From Trueperaceae bacterium (GTDB taxonomy: Bacteria; Deinococcota; Deinococci; Deinococcales; Trueperaceae), in NCBI GenBank assembly GCA_965214405.1, contig OZ243956.1:448001-512000 (forward strand): a DNA stretch of 64,000 nucleotides, in the 5' to 3' direction. The stretch's first letter is position 1. Every line of letters begins with the position of its first letter. A model generated the notes under the pieces. The model saw only the letters and a program-made list of their open reading frames with translations. It was not told the origin of the DNA and searched no databases. The position numbers and the translations under genes are program-made. Shown one piece after another: positions 48,701 to 60,925 of the stretch.

Positions 48701-50758
48701 TTGAACTACGTGACCTCGCCCAGAGAACGCCACGCCCTCAAACATCCCCGCACGCCGCGCTGGTCGGTGAGGGCGCGCTACGTTTCCGCGCTCGCGCTCG
48801 TTGCGCTCCTCAGCGCGAGCGCCTTTTTGCTCCTTACCAACGTCATCAGCGCGCAGGAGAGTTCCGGCGCGGTGATCAACGTGAGCGGACGCCAGCGGAT
48901 GCTCTCGCAGCGCACGACGCTCTTTGCGCAGCGGCTCGTGAATAGCGCAGACGAGCGCGAGGCGGTGCGAGAGACGTTGGCGCGTGACGTTGACCTGATG
49001 GAGCGTTCGCATCTCGGCTTGACCCAGGGAGACGCAGATTTGGGATTGCCGGGGCGGCTGTCAAGGGAGGCGGCGGCGCTGTATTTTGGCGCACCCGTCA
49101 ATCTTGACGCTCAGGTCGAAAGCCACATCGCCCGCGTGCGCGCGCTTCTGAGCGCGCCCGACGCCGAGCTGACGCCCGGTAATTCAAACTTTGTGGAGAT
49201 TCTGGAGACCGCGCCGGGGGAACTGTTGGCGTCGCTCAACGCGGCGGTGAGCCTTTTCGAGGCGGAGGCGGGGGCGCGCATCACCCGGCTCCAGCGGCTC
49301 GAGAAGCTCGTTTTCGCCGCCACGCTTCTGGCGCTCCTCTTGGAGGGCTTGCTCATTTTCCGCCCGATGGAGCGCGAGATAAAGCGGCGCAGCGAGCTTC
49401 TTTTGCACACCGCGCTCCACGACGCGCTCACCGGGCTGCCCAACCGCGCCTTGTACATGGACCGTCTGGGTCACGCCGTCGAGCGGGCGAACCGGCACGC
49501 GGAGCAGGTGTTCGCGGTGCTCTTTTTGGACTTTGACCGCTTCAAAGTTATCAACGATTCGTTAGGCCACAACGTCGGCGACGCGCTGCTGCGCGCGTTC
49601 GGCGAACGGCTCAAGGCGTGCGTGCGCGCGTCCGACACGGTGGCGCGGCTCGGCGGTGACGAGTTCACGATTCTTTTGGAGGCCGTCGACTCGAGCGCCG
49701 AGGCCGAGCGCGTCGCTGGGCGCGTCAACGAGGCGCTGCTACGTCCCTTTGAGATCGGCAAGCACACGCTTCACTTATCCGTCAGCATCGGCATCGTCTT
49801 TTATGAGGGCAAGGGTTACGCGCGCCCCGAGGAGGTCTTGCGCGACGCCGACATCGCCATGTACCGCGCCAAAGCGATGGGCAAGGCCAACTTCCAGGTT
49901 TTTACGGAGGAAATGCGAGAGCGCGCGCTCTCGCTTATGTCGTTAGAAACCGACCTGCGCGGGGCGGTCACGCGCGGGGAGTTGGAGGTGCATTATCAGC
50001 CTATCATCTCGGTCTCGACGGGCGCGCCCACCGGCTTAGAGGCGCTCGTGCGCTGGCGTCACCCGGTCCACGGGCGCGTGTCGCCCGCCGAATTTATCCC
50101 GCTGGCCGAAGAAACGGGTTTAATTATCGACATTGACCGCTGGGTTTTGCGCGAGGCGTGCCGCAGGCTCATGACCTGGGAGCAGGAGGGGTTTCCCCCG
50201 CTAAGCTTGAGCGTCAACCTCTCGAGCCGCCAGTTCTCACAAGAAGACCTGCCCGCGGTGGTGGACGAGATTTTGCGCGAAACGGGTTTTCCCGCCCAGC
50301 GTTTAGAACTGGAGATGACCGAGAGCCTCCTGGCGAGTTCTTCCGGGCAGGTCACGACCACCACAGAAGCGCTTCTGGCGCTCGGCGTGGGGCTCCACAT
50401 CGACGACTTCGGCACGGGCTACTCTTCATTGGGCTACTTGCAGCGTTTCTCGGCCAGCGCGCTCAAAATCGACCGTTCTTTTATCGACAAGATGACCCAG
50501 AGTCAAGAGGGCGGCAAGTTGGTTGCGACCATTATTGCGATGGCGCACACCTTCGGCATGGCCGTGGTCGCTGAGGGGGTCGAAACGCCCGAGCAGTTGG
50601 AGCTTCTTCGCTCGCTACGCTGCGAATACTCGCAAGGCTACCTGCATTCAAAACCTCTCGACGCGGCGAGCGCCGCCGCATATCTGAAAAATTACGTGCC
50701 GCGGGGGCCGACCCCCGCGCGCAGCCTCCCCCATCGTGCCCAACCCCCCAGTGTCTAA
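48701..50758 (+). CDS. Membrane GGDEF-EAL c-di-GMP enzyme with NarX/PilJ-like sensor
   Basis: TM, AVINVSGRQRMLSQR, TM, HDALTGLPNR, GGDEF, EAL, DDFGTGYSS, AEGVE. Confidence 0.9.
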   Translation: MNYVTSPRERHALKHPRTPRWSVRARYVSALALVALLSASAFLLLTNVISAQESSGAVINVSGRQRMLSQRTTLFAQRLVNSADEREAVRETLARDVDLMERSHLGLTQGDADLGLPGRLSREAAALYFGAPVNLDAQVESHIARVRALLSAPDAELTPGNSNFVEILETAPGELLASLNAAVSLFEAEAGARITRLQRLEKLVFAATLLALLLEGLLIFRPMEREIKRRSELLLHTALHDALTGLPNRALYMDRLGHAVERANRHAEQVFAVLFLDFDRFKVINDSLGHNVGDALLRAFGERLKACVRASDTVARLGGDEFTILLEAVDSSAEAERVAGRVNEALLRPFEIGKHTLHLSVSIGIVFYEGKGYARPEEVLRDADIAMYRAKAMGKANFQVFTEEMRERALSLMSLETDLRGAVTRGELEVHYQPIISVSTGAPTGLEALVRWRHPVHGRVSPAEFIPLAEETGLIIDIDRWVLREACRRLMTWEQEGFPPLSLSVNLSSRQFSQEDLPAVVDEILRETGFPAQRLELEMTESLLASSSGQVTTTTEALLALGVGLHIDDFGTGYSSLGYLQRFSASALKIDRSFIDKMTQSQEGGKLVATIIAMAHTFGMAVVAEGVETPEQLELLRSLRCEYSQGYLHSKPLDAASAAAYLKNYVPRGPTPARSLPHRAQPPSV

Positions 50759-50804
50759 GGCCCCCTCTGGCTAGCATGGTTAAGAGATAGTGAGGGAGGG
50801 GAAA

Positions 50805-51464
50805 ATGGCACACAGCGACGATTATGACGAGAAGTACACCAAACCCGACCTGCGCCGCAAAATCAAAGATGAGATCATGGATTCGGACAAGGGCGGCGAC
50901 CCCGGTCAATGGTCCGCGCGCAAGAGTCAGCTTTTGGTCCAGGAGTATGAAAAGCAGGGCGGCGGCTACAAGGGTGACAAAGACGAGGACGCAAAGTCGT
51001 TAGAAGAGTGGACAAAACAAAACTGGCAAACCGTCGAGGGCGGCGCAGACGCAAGGGACGAAGACGGCACCAAGCGCTATCTACCCGAGGCGGTGTGGGA
51101 TGAGCTGAGCGACGAAGAAAAGCGCGAGGCCGAGCGAACTAAGGAAGAAGCCTCCAAAGAGGGCGAGCAGTATGTGGAATGGCCCGACGCCGTGAAAAAG
51201 GCGTACCACAAGGTGACAGGTGGAGACGCGGGCGGGCGGACGAAAGAAGAGCTTTACGAAAAGGCGCAAGAGCTTGATGTTTCGGGCCGTAGCAAGATGA
51301 GTAAAGACGAACTTCAAAAAGCTGTGGATGAGGCGCAGGCGGAGAAACCCGAAAACAAAACCAAAGAAGAGCTTTATGAGCAGGCGCAAGAACTGAACGT
51401 CGAGGGTCGCAGCAAGATGGACAAGGACGAACTTGCCGAGGCTGTCCGTGACGCTCAAAACTGA
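50805..51464 (+). CDS. DUF5872-like protein with two C-terminal Rho-N-like repeats
   Basis: YTKP.LR..IK, GQWSARKSQL, W..Q.W; TKEELYE.AQEL.V.GRSKM.KDEL twice. Confidence 0.75.
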   Translation: MAHSDDYDEKYTKPDLRRKIKDEIMDSDKGGDPGQWSARKSQLLVQEYEKQGGGYKGDKDEDAKSLEEWTKQNWQTVEGGADARDEDGTKRYLPEAVWDELSDEEKREAERTKEEASKEGEQYVEWPDAVKKAYHKVTGGDAGGRTKEELYEKAQELDVSGRSKMSKDELQKAVDEAQAEKPENKTKEELYEQAQELNVEGRSKMDKDELAEAVRDAQN

Positions 51465-51519
51465 CGCCCCACCGTAACTCTCATACCCGCGAAATTTTGT
51501 AAAACCGAGAGATCAGAGT

Positions 51520-51945
51520 TTACACCTTTAGCTGCGCCTCCACCCACGCCCGCGTCTCCGGGCGAAGCGGGTAACGGTGCCCGTGTTCTAAGTACCAGGC
51601 TCGAGTCTCCCCACCCTTCGCACGCCCCACCGCCCGCCAATCCGCCAGCATCTCACGGCGGAAGGCGTCGGTCATGGGTCGAGGTTCCTGTTGTCCGTTT
51701 TTGCTCACGAGCCACCACTGCGGATGGTGACGGTTGCGGCGGTGGTGCTTTTTTAGTGAGGCGTGAGACGCCTCACCTGTAGACAGATAACGCACCGACG
51801 CAAGCCACTCGTCGGGTAAAAATTTGGACCAGTCGTGAAGGATGAGCTGCGGGAGCGGAACGTTAAGCTTACGACCTTCTAAAATCACCAGCCACTTGTG
51901 CCGCAACAGCTCCTTAAAATAGGCGAGATGTTGGTTCAGCGTCAT
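51520..51945 (-). CDS. DUF5662-like (HD-related) protein
   Basis: HKW, HDWSKF, HHRRNRHHPQWW, EMLADW. Confidence 0.7.
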   Translation of the reverse strand: MTLNQHLAYFKELLRHKWLVILEGRKLNVPLPQLILHDWSKFLPDEWLASVRYLSTGEASHASLKKHHRRNRHHPQWWLVSKNGQQEPRPMTDAFRREMLADWRAVGRAKGGETRAWYLEHGHRYPLRPETRAWVEAQLKV

Positions 51946-52020
51946 AATTTGGTCATGAAACTTGGAATCTGCTTCGCCGTCAAAAGCGAGGTGGCTTGGT
52001 TTGAAACAAGATAATACCTC

Positions 52021-53886
52021 CTACATCTCCTCCGGCGCGGCGATGCCCAGCGCGTCCAAACTTTTCGCCAGCGTCTCTTTCACTTTGCGCACCAGCGCCA
52101 GCCGCGCCTCGCGCAGCCCCGGCTCGGCCTTGAGCACCTGCGTGTCGGGCCGCCCGTTTTCATCCTTGTGGTTGTAGTAACCGTTCCAGGCGGTGGCCAA
52201 GTCGAGCGCGTACTGCGCAACCAAGTGAGGCGCAAAGTCCCTTGCCGCACTCCCAATCACCTCGGGCAGCTTGGCGACACTCTGGGCGAGCTTGACCTCG
52301 AGCCCCCCCACCTTCGACCAGTCGGCTTGACTCTCGTCTAGCCCCTCGGCGGCGCGCAGGATGCTGCACGCTCGAGCGTGCGCGTACTGCACATAGGGCG
52401 CGGAATCTCCTTGAAGGCTCAGGGCTTGGTCCCAACGGAAGTCAATAATGCGCTTCGCCTCGCTCTTGAGCATCCCGAACCGCAACGCGCCGATGCCGAC
52501 CTCATACGCCACCTCGTCCATCGTCCCCAAGTCCGGGTTTTTCTCCGCGACAACCCCTCGAGCCCGCCGCACCGCCTCGTCCATCACCTCGTCAATCGAC
52601 AGGGTGACGCCCTTACGCCCGCTCATCGCCTGGCCCTCGAGCGTCACCACCTCGTACGCCAGATGGTGCGAGGCGTCAAAGCCCTGCGCGGTGTCCGACA
52701 GGGCGAGCGCCGTTTTGACAATCGTCTGTGGGTGCGACTGGCGCGCGTCGATGACGTTGATAATCTCGTCGCCGTGCGCGAAAGTGTGCCCGTCTGGCTT
52801 TTCCTCGCCTTCGGGGGCGGAGGTGTAGAGCGTGCAGCCCGAGGGTTGGGTGTCGAAAGGGGCAAATTTGAGACCCTCAAACAAGCCGACCTTCCAATAC
52901 TGCGTGCCGATGTCCTTGGCGACGTACATGGCGTTGCCGTCCGAGCGCACCAGCACGACGTAAGGTTCTTCTAAACCCGGCAAGAAGTGAGATACGTCCA
53001 TCACGAGCGCACCCGCGTACTTGCCCTCTTGGGGCGCAAATACATAGTCGCTATTTTTTAAGATAGCCAGCGCCTGCGCCAAGAAGCCGCTCCGGACGAT
53101 GTCGGACTCCCAGACGAGCAGGTCGTATTCGGCCCCCAGACGGTAGTAAGTTGTGAGCTGCGCGCGCAGCACGTCTTCAACGTTAGTACGGAGTTCGCCG
53201 CGCTCGAGCCGGTGCATCACCTCGGACACGCCTGCCTCGATGGCCTCACGCTCCTTTTCTTCGGCCGTTTCTTTAGCCTGCCCTAAGCGCACATAAAGTT
53301 TACCGAGCCAGTGGTCGTACTTTTCAGACCCGTCGTACTCCGCGCCAAAATACTTGACCGCAAAAATCGACTCCGCCGCCTGCCGCCCGGTGTCGTCGAT
53401 GTAGTTCTGCACCTCGACCTCATAGCCCGCCGCCTTGAAGATGCGCGCGCAGGCGTCGCCTAAGACGATGTTGCGCAGGTGGCCGACGTGGGCTTCCTTG
53501 TTGGGGTTGACGGAGGTGTGTTCGACAATGACTTTCTCTTCGCGTCGAGGCAGTGTAGCTTGCTCCGTCACGATACTTTTTACAAAATGCGCGGGGTCGA
53601 CAAAAAAGTTGATATAAGGCCCCACCGCTTCGGCATGGGCCACGCCGGGGGGAAGCTCGAGCCGCTCAATCACCTCTTTGGCGATGATGGCGGGATTCTT
53701 GCGCAGAGTCTTAGCCAAGCCAAAGGCGACCGGCGTGCCGTAGTCGCCGGGCTTGCCCTCGGGCACGTCCTGAACGGCGGCCTCTACCGCTTCCGACACG
53801 CCCGCCTCTGCCAACATGGGGGTGAGAGCGCGCTCGAGCGCCCCCTGCAACTGTTCTTTTAGTGACTGGTCTTTAAGGTCCGACAT
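52021..53886 (-). CDS. argS: Arginine--tRNA ligase
   Basis: EHTSVNPNK.AHVGHLRN, MSGRKG, SAPYVQYAHAR, LGI.APEEM; start reassigned to ATG 53886. Confidence 0.96.
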   Translation of the reverse strand: MSDLKDQSLKEQLQGALERALTPMLAEAGVSEAVEAAVQDVPEGKPGDYGTPVAFGLAKTLRKNPAIIAKEVIERLELPPGVAHAEAVGPYINFFVDPAHFVKSIVTEQATLPRREEKVIVEHTSVNPNKEAHVGHLRNIVLGDACARIFKAAGYEVEVQNYIDDTGRQAAESIFAVKYFGAEYDGSEKYDHWLGKLYVRLGQAKETAEEKEREAIEAGVSEVMHRLERGELRTNVEDVLRAQLTTYYRLGAEYDLLVWESDIVRSGFLAQALAILKNSDYVFAPQEGKYAGALVMDVSHFLPGLEEPYVVLVRSDGNAMYVAKDIGTQYWKVGLFEGLKFAPFDTQPSGCTLYTSAPEGEEKPDGHTFAHGDEIINVIDARQSHPQTIVKTALALSDTAQGFDASHHLAYEVVTLEGQAMSGRKGVTLSIDEVMDEAVRRARGVVAEKNPDLGTMDEVAYEVGIGALRFGMLKSEAKRIIDFRWDQALSLQGDSAPYVQYAHARACSILRAAEGLDESQADWSKVGGLEVKLAQSVAKLPEVIGSAARDFAPHLVAQYALDLATAWNGYYNHKDENGRPDTQVLKAEPGLREARLALVRKVKETLAKSLDALGIAAPEEM

Positions 53887-54102
53887 AACTTTCACGCTAT
53901 CACGCGGCGCTTTGGCGTCGGCCCTCCTGCACGAACAGTTCGCCATCCTTTTATCAGTCCCGCCCACGGTGAAGTCCTGTTTAGTGACCTTAAACTATAA
54001 GGAGGTAAGAGCTCACCGTACGCTTTTTCATCCGCTATTCTTCGCTCGCTCGGTATGCTCACAGATGTAAGCCACCTTCCAGCCATACGACACGCACCAA
54101 GT

Positions 54103-54136
54103 AAACTTGATACATGGAGACTAAGATTTATAGAGT
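54103..54136 (+). promoter_or_regulatory. lon promoter (TTGATA...TAGAGT) overlapped by a degenerate HAIR-like inverted repeat
   Basis: AAA-CTTGATA-N7-ACTAAGA-TTT versus HAIR CTTGAGT-N7-ACTCAAG. Confidence 0.4.
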
Positions 54137-54182
54137 CGTAACCCATCCCCACTCCCCCACCCTTCCCCAGAGGAGGCGTTAA

Positions 54183-56642
<2,460 letters not shown>

Positions 56643-56660
56643 CCCAATCAAGACAAATCA

Positions 56661-56690
56661 AGGGCTGAGTGTGTAACTCAGCCCTTTTTC
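56661..56690 (+). terminator. Intrinsic terminator after lon
   Basis: GGGCTGAGT...ACTCAGCCC then T5. Confidence 0.85.
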
Positions 56691-56788
56691 ATTTGTGCGG
56701 GTTCAATATTCAGTAGAGGCTGCTCGAGCGTGCGACTGCTGATACTCATGGGTAGCGACCTATTCACCTCCGCCTAAACCTCTACGCG

Positions 56789-56822
56789 AAAAAGAAGAGC
56801 GCCGTTCAACACGGCGCCCTCT
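56789..56822 (-). terminator. Intrinsic terminator of 56846..60262
   Basis: GCGCCGT...ACGGCGC hairpin with A tract on plus strand. Confidence 0.7.
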
Positions 56823-56845
56823 CCCATACAGCTTACAAATTGAGC

Positions 56846-59800
56846 TTAACGGTCTTGGTCGTCCCGGTCATCGCGGTCTGGGCTCGAGAGGTAGTCCGGC
56901 GCGAGCGCCACCGACTCCACGTTGTCAACCGTGACCGAACGGTCCGGCCTCGCGTCTTTCATCCCCGATTGGCTGAGGATGTTGTCGAAACGCAGCACGG
57001 TGTCCTTGGTCTTTTCGGCCACGTAAAGGTCTTTGCCGTCGAAGGTGATGTCGACAGGGTTACCCAAGGTGGACTGAGGGCCGCCGATTTGCGTTCTCAC
57101 CGCCACGTTGCCGTTCGCGGTGCTCCCGTTTTCAATAACGAAGAGTTGGCCGTCCGAATTGCTGGCCGCGTCGCCCACGTCCGACAGGATGAGCACGTCG
57201 CCGGAGTAGCCGTCAGCGGAAGAAACGTGAACGACGCCGTGAAGGTTGACCGACACCTTGCTGCTGCCGTTCGTCGGCGTAATCACACGGTCCGGGCCGC
57301 CCGCGCCCATGCTGTCCACGTAGTCGTCATAAACGAGCACGGTGCCGTCGGTCGCGGCCACGAAGAGGCGGTCATTCATGGGATCGTAGTCTAAGTCCCA
57401 AACGCTGCGCATGTCGCTGCCTAAGTCACTGGTGACGTAGAGCGGCGTGACGTTGCCGCCCGCTTCGGTGCTAAAGACATTGATGTTTTGAGCACCAAAG
57501 TCCGCGACAATCACGATGCCTTGCGCGCTCGCAATGTCCAGACCCTTGGGCGCGACGAGGCCGGTCTGATCGCCCGTGATGGTGCGGTCGCGTGAGGCGT
57601 TGAACATGTCACCGTCACGGCTGTCGGCGAGGCGGTTGACCACCAAAATGCCGCCCTGGCTCGGCGTCATGCCGTTGTCGAAGGTCAGGTAGGCGTCGCC
57701 GGAGAGGCTGAAGGTGATGTTTTCGGGGTTGGCGGTGGCGTCGCGCGTATCAAAGGCGGAGCGGATGCTCGAGGACAAGTCGGTGCCCAGCTCGAGCACG
57801 AAATCGTCGCCCGCGTCATTGTCGCCGTCTCTCACGCTGCCGTTGGTCGGGTCCGGCGTGTTGCTGGTCGCAAACACCGCGTCAATCATGATGTCGGCGT
57901 CGTCAATGTCGGTTACGTCGGGGGTGGTCAACATGAAGTTGTCCGCCTCGGAAACGAGCGACTCGGGCTTCGCCTCACTCACCGCAAGGTCGGGCGCGAC
58001 GTTGCCGCTGTCGCCGTCAAAGATGTTGTCGAACACGAGCAGCATGTCGCGGGCTTTTTCCGCCACGCGCGCTTCGCTACCGTCCACGATGATGTCCACG
58101 GGGTTGCCGAGCATCGTCGCGGGGCCGCGGATGACGCGGTCGGGTTGAAGGTTGTCTGAGCCGTCTCCGTCCTTGTCGAGATCGTTAAAGACGTAGATGC
58201 TGCCGTCATCATTAACGCTCGCATCACCGACGTCGGTCACGACGAGGCTATCTTTGTCGTTAACGTAGAAGATGCCGTGCAGGTTGGTGGAAATCTTGTT
58301 GCTACTATTATCTACCGGCGTGATGACGCGGTCGGGGCCGTCGCTGCCAAAGTCGCCGTCACGGTCGCGGTCATCACCACGGTCGTCGCGGTCGTTGTCA
58401 GAACCTAAGTAGCCTTCGAACACCGCCACGGTGCCGTCGGTCAGCGCGACAAAGAGCCGGTCGCCGTCCTCGTCATAAGACACATCCCAGGGTTTCACGT
58501 CGAGGCGCGTTGTCGCTACGGGCGCGACGTTGCCGTCCGCCGCCGTGCCGAAAACCTTGAGATTGCCCGCGCCGAAGTCGGCAATGATGAGGTAACCCGC
58601 GTCATAGGCGATGTCGATACCCTTGGGCGCGACTAAGCTGGTCTTGTCCCCTTGAATCTCGCGGTCTACCGTCTCGGTGTAGGTACCGTCGTCGCGGTTG
58701 CGAATCTGGCGAATGATGCGGACGCTGCCGTTATTCATGTCCACGTCGCCCGCGTGGTAGAGGTTGCCCAGGCCGTCGAGCTCCACGCCTTCGTTGTTGC
58801 CCGAGAAGAAGGTGCTCTGGAGGTCGAAATCTTCGTCGAATCTGTCAACCTGGCCCACATTGTCCATGCCGTTGTTCGACACGTAAACGTTGAGGTTGAA
58901 GTCGGAATTGAAACCATTGTCGGGGCGGTCCGGTCTGCCCGGTTTGTCGTCGTAGTCGTCCATCGCGGCCACAATCGACTCAGGCTTCATCTCGTTCACC
59001 GCGAGGTCGGGCTCGACGTCGCCGCTTCGTCCGAAGAAGATGTTGTTGAAGACGAGCAGTTGGTCCCTGGCTTTTTCCATCACCCTTGCTTCTTGCCCGT
59101 TGATGATGACGTCCACAGGGTTGCCAAGCATCGTGCCCTGCCCGCTGATGACGCGCCCCGGAATGACGTTGCCGTTCTCGTTGCTGGCGTCGTGAATCAC
59201 GTAAATCGCGCCGTCGTTGTCCACAGCCGCGTCGCCGACGTCAGTCAGGACCAGCGCGTCCAAGTTCTTGTCGTAGTCGATGCCGTGGAGGTTGTCCGAA
59301 ATCTTGTTGCCGCGGCGGTCGGCGGGCGTGATGATGGTGTCGGGACCGTCGCTGCCAAAGCCTTGCTGGAGGTACCTGTCAAACACCGCCACGGTGCCGT
59401 CGGTTAGGGCGACAAAGAGCCGGTCACTCTCCTCGTCGTAAACCAAATCCCAGGGCTTGACGGGCAGATTGGTCGTCGCCGTGGGGGGAACGTTGCCGTC
59501 GTCTGAGGTGTTGAAGATTTTGATGTTCTGATTGCCGGGGTCCGCGCCAAAGTCGGCCACGAGGATGTAGTTGGCCTTTTCAGCGAGGTCGATGCCCTTG
59601 GGCGCGACCAAGCCGGTCTGGTCGCCACGAATTTCGCGGTCCACGTCCGGGTCATAAGAGCCGTCTTCGCGCAAGTAAAACTGCGAGATGATGCGGATGC
59701 TGGGGCCGTTGTCGCCGTCGCCCGCGTGGTAGAGGTCGCCGAAGCGGTCGATCTCGACGCCTTCGTTGTTGCCCGAGAAGAAGGTGTCTTGCAGGTCGTA

Positions 59801-60262
59801 GTCTTCGTCAAAGGTGTCGACCTGACCAGCGTTCTGGGGACCGTTGTTCGACACGTAAAAGGTGTCGGCCACGTTGCCGCCCGCGCCCGGGTTGAAGATG
59901 ATGATGATGATAATCACCACGGAGTCGCCGTCGGCGTTGCCTACGGTGACCCTGATGGTGTTCTCACCCTCGACGAGCCCCGACACGGGGAAAGCGTACT
60001 CGTTATTGGCAAACTCGACGGGCCACACCTGGCCGCCGTTAAGCTGGTAGCTCATGGACGTGACGCCGTCCTCGAGCACGCCCGTCACCGTCACGTTGTC
60101 TTGACTGACCGTCGCGCCGTCCGCCGGACCCGTGATGTTGATGAGGTCGGGCTGGGCGGTGCCAGGCCCTGAAGAACAAGCTGTAAATAAAACGGTCAGC
60201 AGGACAAGTACGGCTAAACCTAACCGCCGGAATGAAGCCTGCTTTCTTTTCTCCTTATTCAT
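56846..60262 (-). CDS. Large acidic lipoprotein: N-terminal Ig-like domain plus three tandem ~300 aa repeats (probable beta-propellers)
   Basis: LFTAC lipobox; recurring GL.APKG.D, VADFG, WD..YD...DRLFVA.TDGTV.V, NLHG, DVGDA, LGNPVD, EK. Confidence 0.8.
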   Translation of the reverse strand: MNKEKRKQASFRRLGLAVLVLLTVLFTACSSGPGTAQPDLINITGPADGATVSQDNVTVTGVLEDGVTSMSYQLNGGQVWPVEFANNEYAFPVSGLVEGENTIRVTVGNADGDSVVIIIIIIFNPGAGGNVADTFYVSNNGPQNAGQVDTFDEDYDLQDTFFSGNNEGVEIDRFGDLYHAGDGDNGPSIRIISQFYLREDGSYDPDVDREIRGDQTGLVAPKGIDLAEKANYILVADFGADPGNQNIKIFNTSDDGNVPPTATTNLPVKPWDLVYDEESDRLFVALTDGTVAVFDRYLQQGFGSDGPDTIITPADRRGNKISDNLHGIDYDKNLDALVLTDVGDAAVDNDGAIYVIHDASNENGNVIPGRVISGQGTMLGNPVDVIINGQEARVMEKARDQLLVFNNIFFGRSGDVEPDLAVNEMKPESIVAAMDDYDDKPGRPDRPDNGFNSDFNLNVYVSNNGMDNVGQVDRFDEDFDLQSTFFSGNNEGVELDGLGNLYHAGDVDMNNGSVRIIRQIRNRDDGTYTETVDREIQGDKTSLVAPKGIDIAYDAGYLIIADFGAGNLKVFGTAADGNVAPVATTRLDVKPWDVSYDEDGDRLFVALTDGTVAVFEGYLGSDNDRDDRGDDRDRDGDFGSDGPDRVITPVDNSSNKISTNLHGIFYVNDKDSLVVTDVGDASVNDDGSIYVFNDLDKDGDGSDNLQPDRVIRGPATMLGNPVDIIVDGSEARVAEKARDMLLVFDNIFDGDSGNVAPDLAVSEAKPESLVSEADNFMLTTPDVTDIDDADIMIDAVFATSNTPDPTNGSVRDGDNDAGDDFVLELGTDLSSSIRSAFDTRDATANPENITFSLSGDAYLTFDNGMTPSQGGILVVNRLADSRDGDMFNASRDRTITGDQTGLVAPKGLDIASAQGIVIVADFGAQNINVFSTEAGGNVTPLYVTSDLGSDMRSVWDLDYDPMNDRLFVAATDGTVLVYDDYVDSMGAGGPDRVITPTNGSSKVSVNLHGVVHVSSADGYSGDVLILSDVGDAASNSDGQLFVIENGSTANGNVAVRTQIGGPQSTLGNPVDITFDGKDLYVAEKTKDTVLRFDNILSQSGMKDARPDRSVTVDNVESVALAPDYLSSPDRDDRDDQDR

Positions 60263-60457
60263 ACGGTTGCAACCTCCTCAAGGTGCTTTGTATGGGCGTA
60301 AAATCAAATGAATAGAACTGTCGTTGGTTTGAGTTAGTGCGCATTTCGCTCAGTAAAAACCTCCTCACGACACACCACAAACGCTGTCGTCTTGGTCGTC
60401 TTGCCACGTATGACTCTGCTCTTTTATCTCAAGCTTCTCCTCCCCCTTCTGGTTTAT

Positions 60458-60485
60458 GAAACGCCTGCCGTCAACTTTTGGATGC
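60458..60485 (-). promoter_or_regulatory. ECF-type promoter motif 1
   Basis: GCATCC-N16-CGTTTC on minus strand. Confidence 0.7.
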
Positions 60486-60555
60486 GCTTAGGCCGGTGCA
60501 TTCAAAAAACGGCTGGAGCGCTTCGGCGCGCGTGCTTCTTGGGCTTCCACCTTAA

Positions 60556-60583
60556 GAAACGCGGTCTGTGTGTTTTTGGATGC
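60556..60583 (-). promoter_or_regulatory. ECF-type promoter motif 2
   Basis: GCATCC-N16-CGTTTC on minus strand. Confidence 0.7.
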
Positions 60584-60602
60584 GTGAAGTATTTTTGAAA
60601 TC

Positions 60603-60800
60603 TCAGGACGTTTTCGGTGGGTCGGAATTCAAGAGACGGTGCCGCAGGCTGCTTAGTAGCGCGGGGTCAACTTCGGTGGGTTCTGAGCCCTCGAGCTCCC
60701 CTAACACCCCCTCCAGCGTCTTCGCATAATCATCCGCATGAACAAGCTCGGCGAGCCGTTTGAGCCTCTGTAAGCGGCCCATCAGGGTGTCGAGGGTCAT
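60603..60800 (-). CDS. Small hypothetical protein
   Basis: Helical-looking 65 aa ORF downstream of motif 3; start uncertain (60800 or 60824). Confidence 0.5.
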   Translation of the reverse strand: MTLDTLMGRLQRLKRLAELVHADDYAKTLEGVLGELEGSEPTEVDPALLSSLRHRLLNSDPPKTS

Positions 60801-60853
60801 GGTGCGGCCCTTGAATATTGGCAAATTTTCATTCGTCTTCCCTCACACCTTAC

Positions 60854-60881
60854 GTAACGCACGCCGCTGACTTTTGGATGC
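60854..60881 (-). promoter_or_regulatory. ECF-type promoter motif 3
   Basis: GCATCC-N16-CGTTAC on minus strand. Confidence 0.72.
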
Positions 60882-60925
60882 AAAGCGCTGGCTGCCTCGT
60901 TAAAACCTGCCACAACGACGTCCAC

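Noticed and set aside
60255..60407. Approximately 50-codon minus-strand ORF in the leader of the 1138 aa lipoprotein
   Set aside because: No clear RBS and no coding signature
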